Below are positions 8,321 through 15,413 of a DNA stretch of 17,464 bases, in pieces. The DNA comes from Candidatus Jordarchaeia archaeon (GTDB taxonomy: Archaea > Asgardarchaeota > Jordiarchaeia > Jordiarchaeales > Jordiarchaeaceae). The stretch lies in assembly GCA_029856435.1 (NCBI GenBank), contig JAHQXB010000027.1, positions 1-17,464 of the forward strand. Direction: 5' to 3'. The notes beneath the pieces were generated by a model, which worked only from the letters and a program-made list of their open reading frames with translations, made no database searches and was not told where the DNA came from. The position numbers and the translations under genes are program-made. How positions within the stretch are numbered: the stretch's first letter is position 1; each line of letters begins with the position of its first letter.

Positions 8321-10141
8321 TTACAGGCCTCCTAATAGATACAGTATTTGTTGATATCCATACCAGGGCAAGAGTATCTGGTTGATTATCGGCGTAAAGT
8401 ACTGTGTAGCAATGGCTGGCGCTATGCCCAAAACAATTATGAAAGCCGCTAAAACCACAATGGGAGCCACCAAGCTTCGAGGAACCGCCACCTTCTCAAG
8501 TCCCTCCTTTAACGGGCCAAAGAAAATCCTGCGAACAGCCCACAAGTAGTAGCCCAAAGTGATCGCTGTAGCCACTATCAAAAGCGCCGTAAGCAAGTAC
8601 TGAGTAGCCATTATTCCACCTGCAAAAATCATCCACTCACTGGAGAAGCCCAATAGGGGCGGAACACCAGCCACAGACAAACCCGCAATAACCGCAATTG
8701 CAGCCACCGCAGGCATCTTCTCAGACAAGCCGCCCAGCTTATCAAAGTCCAAAGTACCAGTAGCCTTCAGCACAATTGCTGCAACCATGAACCACACACC
8801 CATACAAATACCATGATTCAAAATGTGCAACAGCGAACCGTTTACGCCCAGCACCGAAACCATAGCGAAGCCGAACAAAATGTATCCCATTTGACTCATG
8901 GATGAGTAGGCTAGCATTTTCTTTAGGTTGTTTTGTGTTAGTGCCATTATTCCGCCGTAGGCTGCGGTTATTAGTCCGATTATGGCTAGGCTTACTTGGA
9001 GCATTTGTAGTGATGGTCCCATGTATATTACTAGGAATCTGGCGATACCGTAGGCTGCGGTTTTGGTCATGGCTGCGCTGAGTAGTAGGACGACCGGCAT
9101 TGGTGCTTCCATGTATGTGTCTGGTAGCCAGGTGTGGAGGGGGAATATTGCCATTTTGACTGCGAAGCCGATGAAGATTAGTATTGCGGGTATGACGAGG
9201 ATTAGGCCGGTTAGGAATAGGCTTAGCCACTGGTTGAATGTTGCTCCGAAGGGTATGATTGTGCCGAGATAGGTTGCGTATGTGGTTTGTGCTGCTGCTA
9301 GGTTGAGGGTCATTTGTTGGAAGTCGAAGGTGTTTAGGGTTACGCCCATCATGAATATTCCTACGAACATGATTACGCTTCCGAATGTGGTCCACAGGAA
9401 GTATTTGAGGGCGGTTCTGCTCTTATTCTCTGTTAGTCCGAACTGGTTCACCAGTATGTATGAGGGTATCAGCATTACTTCCCAGAATATGAAGAATTCT
9501 ATTACTGTGGTTGCCAGTATTACTCCAATCATTCCGCCGATGAAGAATAGCATGTTTCCATAGAAGCTTCCTGGACTCTCAACGTCCTTCATGTAGAAGG
9601 CGGAGAAGAACATTACAGCGGCGCCCAGACCCGATATGAGTATGGCTATGGGGTAGCTTAACCCGTCGGCGAGTAGACCCGCGGTGATTGAGGGAAGTCT
9701 TAGGGTGCTAGTTAATGGATCCATGGAGAGTAGCACGAGGTATGGGTAGTCGGGTATTACACTGTATGCCTGATACGTGGGGAATGCTATTGCTCGGTCG
9801 AAGTTGTTCCACATCCATGGGATTTGGTTTAGGGAAGTGGTGAAGGGGTAGAGTTGCACATTTAACTGTAATGCGGCCATTGGCACTATTTGGCTTGAGT
9901 ATATGAAGCTGTAGGTCCATGTTGTGGGGTCAAGTGTTACTGTTAGGGATACTGCGTAGGGGTCGAGTAAAATTATTCCTATGTGTGCCAAGAGTGCTGC
10001 TGAGGCGGCTGCGGTTAGGAAGGCTAGCCATCTTGCAGCTTTGCCAGACTTTTTTCCTACGAGGTAAACTATGGGTCCCATTATTAGTAGTACCGCTATT
10101 GATGCAAGTAGCTCGTAGCTTGCTAAAATGTTGTTTATCAT
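8321..10141 (-). CDS. nuoM: Antiporter-like subunit NuoM, 606 aa
   Basis: Motifs FFIFWEVMLIP, VKMAIFPLHTWLPDTYMEAP, MTKTAAYG, AYSSMSQMG, HGICMG, and the NuoM-type TM12 Glu in GFSSEW. Confidence 0.92.
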   Translation of the reverse strand: MINNILASYELLASIAVLLIMGPIVYLVGKKSGKAARWLAFLTAAASAALLAHIGIILLDPYAVSLTVTLDPTTWTYSFIYSSQIVPMAALQLNVQLYPFTTSLNQIPWMWNNFDRAIAFPTYQAYSVIPDYPYLVLLSMDPLTSTLRLPSITAGLLADGLSYPIAILISGLGAAVMFFSAFYMKDVESPGSFYGNMLFFIGGMIGVILATTVIEFFIFWEVMLIPSYILVNQFGLTENKSRTALKYFLWTTFGSVIMFVGIFMMGVTLNTFDFQQMTLNLAAAQTTYATYLGTIIPFGATFNQWLSLFLTGLILVIPAILIFIGFAVKMAIFPLHTWLPDTYMEAPMPVVLLLSAAMTKTAAYGIARFLVIYMGPSLQMLQVSLAIIGLITAAYGGIMALTQNNLKKMLAYSSMSQMGYILFGFAMVSVLGVNGSLLHILNHGICMGVWFMVAAIVLKATGTLDFDKLGGLSEKMPAVAAIAVIAGLSVAGVPPLLGFSSEWMIFAGGIMATQYLLTALLIVATAITLGYYLWAVRRIFFGPLKEGLEKVAVPRSLVAPIVVLAAFIIVLGIAPAIATQYFTPIINQILLPWYGYQQILYLLGGL

Positions 10142-10153
10142 TTCTCATTCCTC

Positions 10154-12556
10154 CTACCATAGAGCAAATATTATCGCCAGTATTGTCACTCCCAAAACTA
10201 TCATTAGTGCATTGATGAAGGCTATTCCAGTCTGTGTCCTTCTGAACTTATCGCTCACCAATATGGTTAACTTTGCACTGGCGTAGTTGAATCCGTCAAG
10301 AACCTTGACTTCCAGGTTTCTGTAGAGCCAGGCGATTCCCGCCAAGAATCCTTTAACGAACACTATGTGGTAGAGCTGATTTATGTACCACCTGTTCACC
10401 AAGAATTTCCAGATGGCCCCACCCAAACGGCTGCTGGTTATTCTTTCCGCTGCGCCTCTTCGGGATATGTAGTAGTACCAGGCAGGTATGAAGCCTAGGG
10501 CGAATAGTCCCAGTGAAAGCAGAATTGATGGCCAGGCGCTTGCCAGTTCTGCCAGCCACCCGCTGTAACTGGTCATCTCAAAGTAGTGCCAGTACTCTAA
10601 GAGTAGAGCTGCCTCTTCAGACAGGCCATAGGGAACTTCGCTGAAAATCAGGCCGCCCAGAACATACGGCTGTACGTGGAAAAGCTCTTGGAAACTGTGC
10701 AGGTAGTTGGTGAACGGTCCTAGGAAGTATTTTCTGAAGAGAGGCTCAAACCATCCAGCTAGCAGTGTACCACCAGCCAGTATTACTAGGGGTGTCCACA
10801 TCACTGGTGGAGCCTCGTGGACTGGTCCTTTTTCCTTCTCGTAGCTTTTGACGTGTTTGCTCTCTGGTCCGTGGAAGGTTAATCCCACCATGCGGAACGT
10901 GTAGAAGGTGGTCATTGCTACCACAATTCCTGCCAATGCGAAGAGAATCAGTTGGTTTGCTTGTAGTGTTGCGCCGAGTATTGCTTCCTTACTGAAGAAG
11001 CCGGCAAATCCCGGAAAGCCCGCTAGGGAGAGGGCTCCCACCAAGAAGCAGGCGTATGTGATGGGCATTCTTGTTTTTAGGCCGCCCATCTCAAACATGT
11101 CCTTAGTTTCTACGGCATGGAGAACCGCTCCGGCGCTGAGGAACAATAGGGCCTTGAATATGGCGTGGGCCATGAGGTGGAATGTGCCGGCGAGAAAGCC
11201 CATGGCTGTGACTCCGGAGATTCCAGCGATTCCCAAGGCGAGCATCATGTATCCTATTTGCGACATGGTGGAGTAGGCTAGGACTTTTTTGATTTCGCTT
11301 GCTACTAGGCCCATGCTGGCTGTGAGGAAGGCTGTGAAGCCTCCTATGATGGCTACGGTTGTGAAGAAGATTTGTACTCCGGTTTGAACGTTTATGTAGA
11401 GTAGGAGCCATTGCTGGGCGTTGAGGGTTAGGCCGTAGAGTGTGTATAGTGTGGGGTCGGCTATTAGGGTTTCTAGTAGGTGGGGTACTCCGAAGAATAT
11501 GGGTAGCATTCTGGCTACTAGGTATACACCTGCCTTTACCATGGTGGCAGCGTGTATGAGTGCTGAGACTGTTGTGGGACCAGCCATGGCTTCTGGTAAC
11601 CATACGTCTAGTGGGAACTGGGCGGATTTTGCCACTGGGCCGCCGAAGAATAGTATGGCTACTGTGGGGAGTAGTCCTCTTATGGCTAGGCTGCTTACCC
11701 AGCCCAGACCGTTACTTGTGAGGCCTACTAGGGGGTTGAGTAGTTGTATCGCTGCGTTTTGCTGTAGTTGGACGTAGTTGAATGTTCCGGAGGCGAAGAA
11801 TATGATTACAATTGCGATTAGTAGGGCTATGTCGCCGACTTTTGTGGTTATGAATGCTTTCATGCCGCAGTAGGCGTTGTACTCTCCCTCTGTTATGTAG
11901 TCGGGTACTGGGCTTGGTTCTCGGGCTTTGTGCCAGAAGCCTATTAGGCCCCAGCTGCAGAGTCCGACTATTTCCCAGCCTATGAACATTTGGATGAGGT
12001 TGTCGGATATTACTAGGAATATCATGCCTCCGATGAAGAAGTTCATGAAGAACCAGTAGCGTGTTAGGTCTGGTTCTCCGTGCATGTAGCCTAGGGAGAA
12101 GACCATTATTAGGAATCCTATGCATGCTGTTACGTTGGCCATGAATATGCTTAGGGGGTCTATTAGTACTCCTGCGTATAGTCCTTGTGGTAGGTAGACT
12201 CCTATTTGTGATGGTGGGTTTATGGGGATGTTGGGTATCCAGAGGTAGGTCCAGTCGTAGGGTATGAGTGCCATCCACTTGACGATTATGTGCCAGTCTG
12301 TGGTTAGGGGTATTGTTATGTCCCAGGGGAATGTGGGGAATGCTGTTAGTCCGAGTAGTATTTGTGGTTGAGGTAGGGTTATGTATCCGGCCCATATGTC
12401 TGGTATCATGCTTACTGCTATTACTGCTGCTGCACCTGCGAATAGTATGGCGCATATGTCTCTGAATTTGTGGTGGATTTTGCTAAATAGGGGTGTTAGG
12501 ACTGCTCCTAACATGGGAATTATCCAAACAAGCCAAGGTGCATATGGTATCATCAT
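10154..12556 (-). CDS. nuoL: Antiporter-like subunit NuoL (MrpA-type) with C-terminal transverse helix, 800 aa
   Basis: Motifs GWEIVGLCSWGLIGFW, KSAQFPL.VWLPEAMAGPTTVSALIHAATMVKAGVYL, KKVLAYSTMSQIGYM, GFFSKE, and C-terminal NRWYINQLY...QTG. Confidence 0.94.
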   Translation of the reverse strand: MMIPYAPWLVWIIPMLGAVLTPLFSKIHHKFRDICAILFAGAAAVIAVSMIPDIWAGYITLPQPQILLGLTAFPTFPWDITIPLTTDWHIIVKWMALIPYDWTYLWIPNIPINPPSQIGVYLPQGLYAGVLIDPLSIFMANVTACIGFLIMVFSLGYMHGEPDLTRYWFFMNFFIGGMIFLVISDNLIQMFIGWEIVGLCSWGLIGFWHKAREPSPVPDYITEGEYNAYCGMKAFITTKVGDIALLIAIVIIFFASGTFNYVQLQQNAAIQLLNPLVGLTSNGLGWVSSLAIRGLLPTVAILFFGGPVAKSAQFPLDVWLPEAMAGPTTVSALIHAATMVKAGVYLVARMLPIFFGVPHLLETLIADPTLYTLYGLTLNAQQWLLLYINVQTGVQIFFTTVAIIGGFTAFLTASMGLVASEIKKVLAYSTMSQIGYMMLALGIAGISGVTAMGFLAGTFHLMAHAIFKALLFLSAGAVLHAVETKDMFEMGGLKTRMPITYACFLVGALSLAGFPGFAGFFSKEAILGATLQANQLILFALAGIVVAMTTFYTFRMVGLTFHGPESKHVKSYEKEKGPVHEAPPVMWTPLVILAGGTLLAGWFEPLFRKYFLGPFTNYLHSFQELFHVQPYVLGGLIFSEVPYGLSEEAALLLEYWHYFEMTSYSGWLAELASAWPSILLSLGLFALGFIPAWYYYISRRGAAERITSSRLGGAIWKFLVNRWYINQLYHIVFVKGFLAGIAWLYRNLEVKVLDGFNYASAKLTILVSDKFRRTQTGIAFINALMIVLGVTILAIIFALW

Positions 12557-12565
12557 TTTTCATCC

Positions 12566-13000
12566 CTACCATTTTAGTTTTCTCATTTTTTCTGAGTCTA
12601 GAGTGCCGTAGTGCTTGTAGAGGTTCATTATGAAGGATAGGGCGATTGCTACTACGCAGCCTCCCAGAACAATGGATATTATCACTATGACGTGTGCCAG
12701 GGGGTCAACGTAGAGCGGTGTGTAGAGGTTGGCTGTGATGAAGTAGGATCCAAATAGGGTCAGGGTGAGGTTGTCTGTTATTCCCATGCTGCTGAAGAAG
12801 GAGAAGATGTCTAAGGCCCACTGGGTGAACCATCGGTATGCTGAGAAGGCTATGAAGTTTAGGTGGGCTGCTGCTACCAGTATTTCGATGCCGATTACCA
12901 GTTTTATGACGTTTCTCTTGGTTGTGACGCAGTATAGTCCAACTCCGTAGAGTATGGCTGCGCCTACCAAATAAACTGTGGGTGATACGGGTAGTGCCAT
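12566..13000 (-). CDS. nuoK: NuoK/MrpC-family three-TM subunit, 144 aa
   Basis: KRNVIKLVIGIEIL carries the NuoK-type Glu; DPLAHVIVIISIVLGG and YKHYGTLD are MrpC-like. It overlaps the upstream gene (TAATG). Confidence 0.88.
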   Translation of the reverse strand: MALPVSPTVYLVGAAILYGVGLYCVTTKRNVIKLVIGIEILVAAAHLNFIAFSAYRWFTQWALDIFSFFSSMGITDNLTLTLFGSYFITANLYTPLYVDPLAHVIVIISIVLGGCVVAIALSFIMNLYKHYGTLDSEKMRKLKW

Positions 13001-13323
13001 TATTTTTCAACTCCCTTCTCTTCTTCGGTTTCTTCTCGGAGCATGATTGCTGCTCCGATTCCTGTGGCGACTAGCACTATGGCCAGTGTCATGGTGTCGA
13101 TAATCCTGTTTGACCAGAGGTATTGTCCTTCAAAGAATGCTATTTGCCACACTGCGGCTGTTGGTGTTGTGGCGTTTGCCATTGGTGGGAATAGTGATAG
13201 GTAGAAGGGGTAGAAGACTCCGGGGGTTAGCCAGAACACTTTTACTACTGTTGCTATGACGAATGCTGCTAGGATTATGCTTGCCAGAATTCTTGTGACT
13301 TTTATTATGGTTTCACTAACCAT
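13000..13323 (-). CDS. NuoJ C-terminal half / MbhE-like membrane subunit, 107 aa
   Basis: Two TM helices, with YLWSNRIIDTMTLAIVLVATGIGAAIMLR resembling the last helix of NuoJ/MbhE. It lies between the NuoJ N-terminal half and nuoK. Confidence 0.7.
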   Translation of the reverse strand: MVSETIIKVTRILASIILAAFVIATVVKVFWLTPGVFYPFYLSLFPPMANATTPTAAVWQIAFFEGQYLWSNRIIDTMTLAIVLVATGIGAAIMLREETEEEKGVEK

Positions 13324-13325
13324 TT

Positions 13326-13580
13326 TTACTCACTCTCGCGTGCTTCTTTGGTGAGGCTTACGGTGACTAGTAGAAGGACTACTATGGCTCCGGCATAGAT
13401 TAGCCACTGGAACACTGCCACCCAGGGAGCGTAGAGTAGGTAGAATAGGGCCCCTAAGACTACGTTCATCGCGGCGAATGAAATTACTGCATGATCTAGT
13501 CTTTTTAGTTCCACAGCGATTATTCCAAAAAGTATTGCTAGAGCTATGAGAGCCACGTGAACAATTGTAGGGTCAACCAT
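13326..13580 (-). CDS. nuoJ: NuoJ N-terminal half / MbhD-like (TM1-3), 84 aa
   Basis: NuoJ TM3 motif APWVAVFQWLIYAGAIVVL; GAGG RBS; first gene of the operon. Confidence 0.85.
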   Translation of the reverse strand: MVDPTIVHVALIALAILFGIIAVELKRLDHAVISFAAMNVVLGALFYLLYAPWVAVFQWLIYAGAIVVLLLVTVSLTKEARESE

Positions 13581-13833
13581 TCAAGTCGCCTCTCAAATCG
13601 AATTATCCGTCACTCACGTAATTTTGTTGTTTTTAAAACGTTTTAGTTTGGATTTAATGTTATATTTAACTCTTACGTGCCCAAGACCGTCGAGAATGGT
13701 CCAGAAAGAGATTAGTAACTGGAAAAATCGTTAAAATTCGGGAACCACATATTATTATAACAAAAATTTTAAAGTTAAACCCCAAAAAAAGTGTGACACT
13801 ACCAGCCTAGCTACCTGTTTTGGAAAATTTTCC

Positions 13834-13894
13834 TGAAGCATAGAAAAATGTTGTTTTAAGTCGCAAATCGGCTTTTGAAGCACAGAAAAATGCC
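13834..13894. repeat. Local 17-bp direct repeat TGAAGCAyAGAAAAATG, overlapping a dispersed repeat of about 43 bp
   Basis: Copies at 13834-13850 and 13876-13892 differ by one base. The stretch 13853-13894 also resembles 17259-17302. Confidence 0.5.
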
Positions 13895-13991
13895 TGTTTG
13901 GAGCCCGGAAAAGGAATATAAAATTTGGAAACAGCACCAAGAAGGGCTCCTTCAAGCCTCTACCCGTGCGGAAACTAATTAGTTTGTAAGG

Positions 13992-14068
13992 GCGGCACCA
14001 ACCTTGCGAGGTGGAGTGTTCCCTGCAGACCTCCATAAAGGGTTTTGTCTGCAGGTCATTACTGCCGC
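13992..14068 (-). promoter_or_regulatory. Eukaryote-like SECIS element in the selD 3' UTR
   Basis: RNA: GCGGCA-GUA-AUGA-CCUGCAGAC-AAAA-CCCUUUAUGGAG-GUCUGCAGG-GAA-...-UGCCGC. It shows helix I (6 bp), the AUGA/GA core, a perfect 9-bp helix II and apical unpaired As. It begins 1 nt after the selD stop. Confidence 0.9.
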
Positions 14069-14069
14069 T

Positions 14070-15125
14070 TTAAACTTCAAGTATTTCGGCCTTGCTGAAG
14101 TCTACTTTTCCAGACCCTTTACTAGTTTTTCCTATCTCGTAATGGGCTACAGATCTCCTGTCAAGTTCGTGTTCCAAATTCTCCTTTAAATCACTTGGGA
14201 CAAAGAGAATCATGCCGCCGGCGGTCTCCGCTGATTCGCCGGATTGCAGACCATAGCCGAAGAGATCCGAAATTTGTAAGGTGCCTTTAATGATGGGTAG
14301 GGTATGAATGGTGATGTTTACTTTGCTGCTTTCCGCTATTCCCTGTGTGTGGCCGAGTAAGCCGAAGCCTGTGATATCGGTGGATGCGTGGGGTTTAACT
14401 ATCCTCATGGCCTCGGCCACGGGTTTATTCGAGGTGGTCATCAATTTAATTCCTTTTTCGACCATTTCTTCTGCCTCCTTTCTTGAAACCAGCCCAAGGA
14501 TTTGTTCTGCCACGGCGGCGTCTCGTAATCCTCTGTAGACAGCCATTGCGGGTTGTGTGCCTAAGGGTTTGGTGAGTATAATTATATCTCCGGGTTGTGC
14601 GTCTTTGTGGGTTACTATCTGGTCGGGGTGGGCTATTCCTGAGGCTACGCCTCCTACTAGGGGCCAGGGGTTTATTATGGTGTGTCCCCCGGTAATGGTT
14701 GTGGTGCCCAGCTCACCTATCAAGTCGTTTATTCCCCGTAGCATTTCCTCAGCCATCTTGAGGGGCATGTTTTCAGGGATTCCCAGTATTGCAAGAAAGC
14801 TCACTACATCGGTTCCACCTATGGCTTATGCATGTAAATCGGGATGATTTACATTGTACACATCGTTGGTGACGTTTACTGCGGCAATTTTGCCCTGAAT
14901 GTAGGGATCGTCAACATTGGGGGTTATGAAGTCCACAGTTTCTATGAGCACCAAGTCGCTTCGAATTTTTATAACTGCTGCGTCCTCTCCGATTCCTCCC
15001 ACAACTCTGCCTGAGGGGTCCTTTTTAACGCCCACCTTTTCCAAGAGGCTAATAAGCTCTGTTTGGGGCAACTTACAGGATCATCCGTGAAGAGTTACTG
15101 CCTTCGTTAACCTATAATCCTCCAG
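14070..15125 (-). CDS. selD: Selenophosphate synthetase, Sec-containing and interrupted; join(complement 14856..15125, 14070..14825), 341 aa after removing 30 nt
   Basis: Reconstructed protein MEDYRLTKAVTLHG-U-SCKLPQTEL...EDAAV...ETVDFITPNVDDPYIQGKIAAVNVTNDVY|AIGGTDVVSFLAILG...GGHT...PGDIIILTKPLGT...DITGFGLLGH...ETAGG. UGA is at 15081-15083 and the probable CTG start at 15123-15125, 8 nt after GGAGGTG. The two track ORFs (14826..15071 and 14070..14804) share one frame. Confidence 0.93.
14826..14855 (-). other. Candidate 30-nt archaeal mRNA intron with a relaxed bulge-helix-bulge motif
   Basis: The insert AATGTAAATCATCCCGATTTACATGCATAA sits between codons TAC (Y90) and GCC (A91). It has a 9-bp stem AUGUAAAUC/GAUUUACAU, a 4-bp central helix GUGU/GCAU, and 3-nt bulges AC^A and AA^G. 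It ends in an in-frame TAA. Confidence 0.8.
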
Positions 15126-15413
15126 GCTTTTTACACCTCCAGTCTTATATTTGCGTAGGCTACGCTAGTTAAGGAAACGTTTCTAAAACTTAAAAAAATA
15201 TTGAAAAAGCAGAAAACAATTTTGGAAAAGCTTATGAGCTGGTTTGGCCTCGCTGGCCCTGTTATTCTCCTTCTTCTCACCTTTTTTTAAGGTGGAAACT
15301 GTAGTTTCTGCCAGTTTGCGGCCGGAAAAAGAAATAATGCATATTTTGAGGATATAGTAGTGTAGAGCAGTTGTATTTAGGTAGGGATTGTTTCGGAGGC
15401 TTGGAGTGAAGGT

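Noticed and set aside
950-12845. Possibility that the long in-frame loop insertions in atpI and nuoK/L/M/N are further introns
   Set aside because: They contain no stops, I found no convincing bulge-helix-bulge boundaries by eye, and they sit in topologically equivalent outer loops. A computational BHB scan would be needed to exclude this fully.
8742-13010. Long same-strand alternative-frame ORFs (8742..9395, 11103..11603, 11712..12455, 12705..13010)
   Set aside because: They are R/H/N/P/T-rich shadows caused by A/C-biased third codon positions of nuoM, L and K, and have no recognisable motifs.
13930-13960. GAAGG-AGC-CCTTC hairpin (minus strand) as a second, archaeal-type SECIS
   Set aside because: The GAA is paired within a 5-bp stem and lacks the GAA/A internal-loop architecture.
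13755-14189. ORFs 13755..14036 (-) and 14004..14189 (+)
   Set aside because: They overlap the SECIS and AT-rich intergenic DNA, with no protein-like features.
14826-14855. The insert as a MITE or transposon footprint, or as a read-through 10-codon insertion
   Set aside because: There is no exact target-site duplication. The stop is TAA, which is not recoded, and ten extra residues would fall inside a conserved active-site motif.
14070-15071. Reading the two track ORFs (14826..15071 and 14070..14804) as separate genes or as a selD pseudogene
   Set aside because: They share one frame, all SelD motifs are intact, an intact SECIS follows, and the single interruption is a structured 30-nt insert with splice-like geometry. 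Pseudogenisation is not excluded but is less parsimonious.
15234-15290. 18-aa hydrophobic micro-ORF MSWFGLAGPVILLLLTFF on the + strand
   Set aside because: No RBS, and pyrimidine-rich intergenic DNA readily yields such peptides; it cannot be supported without ribosome profiling.
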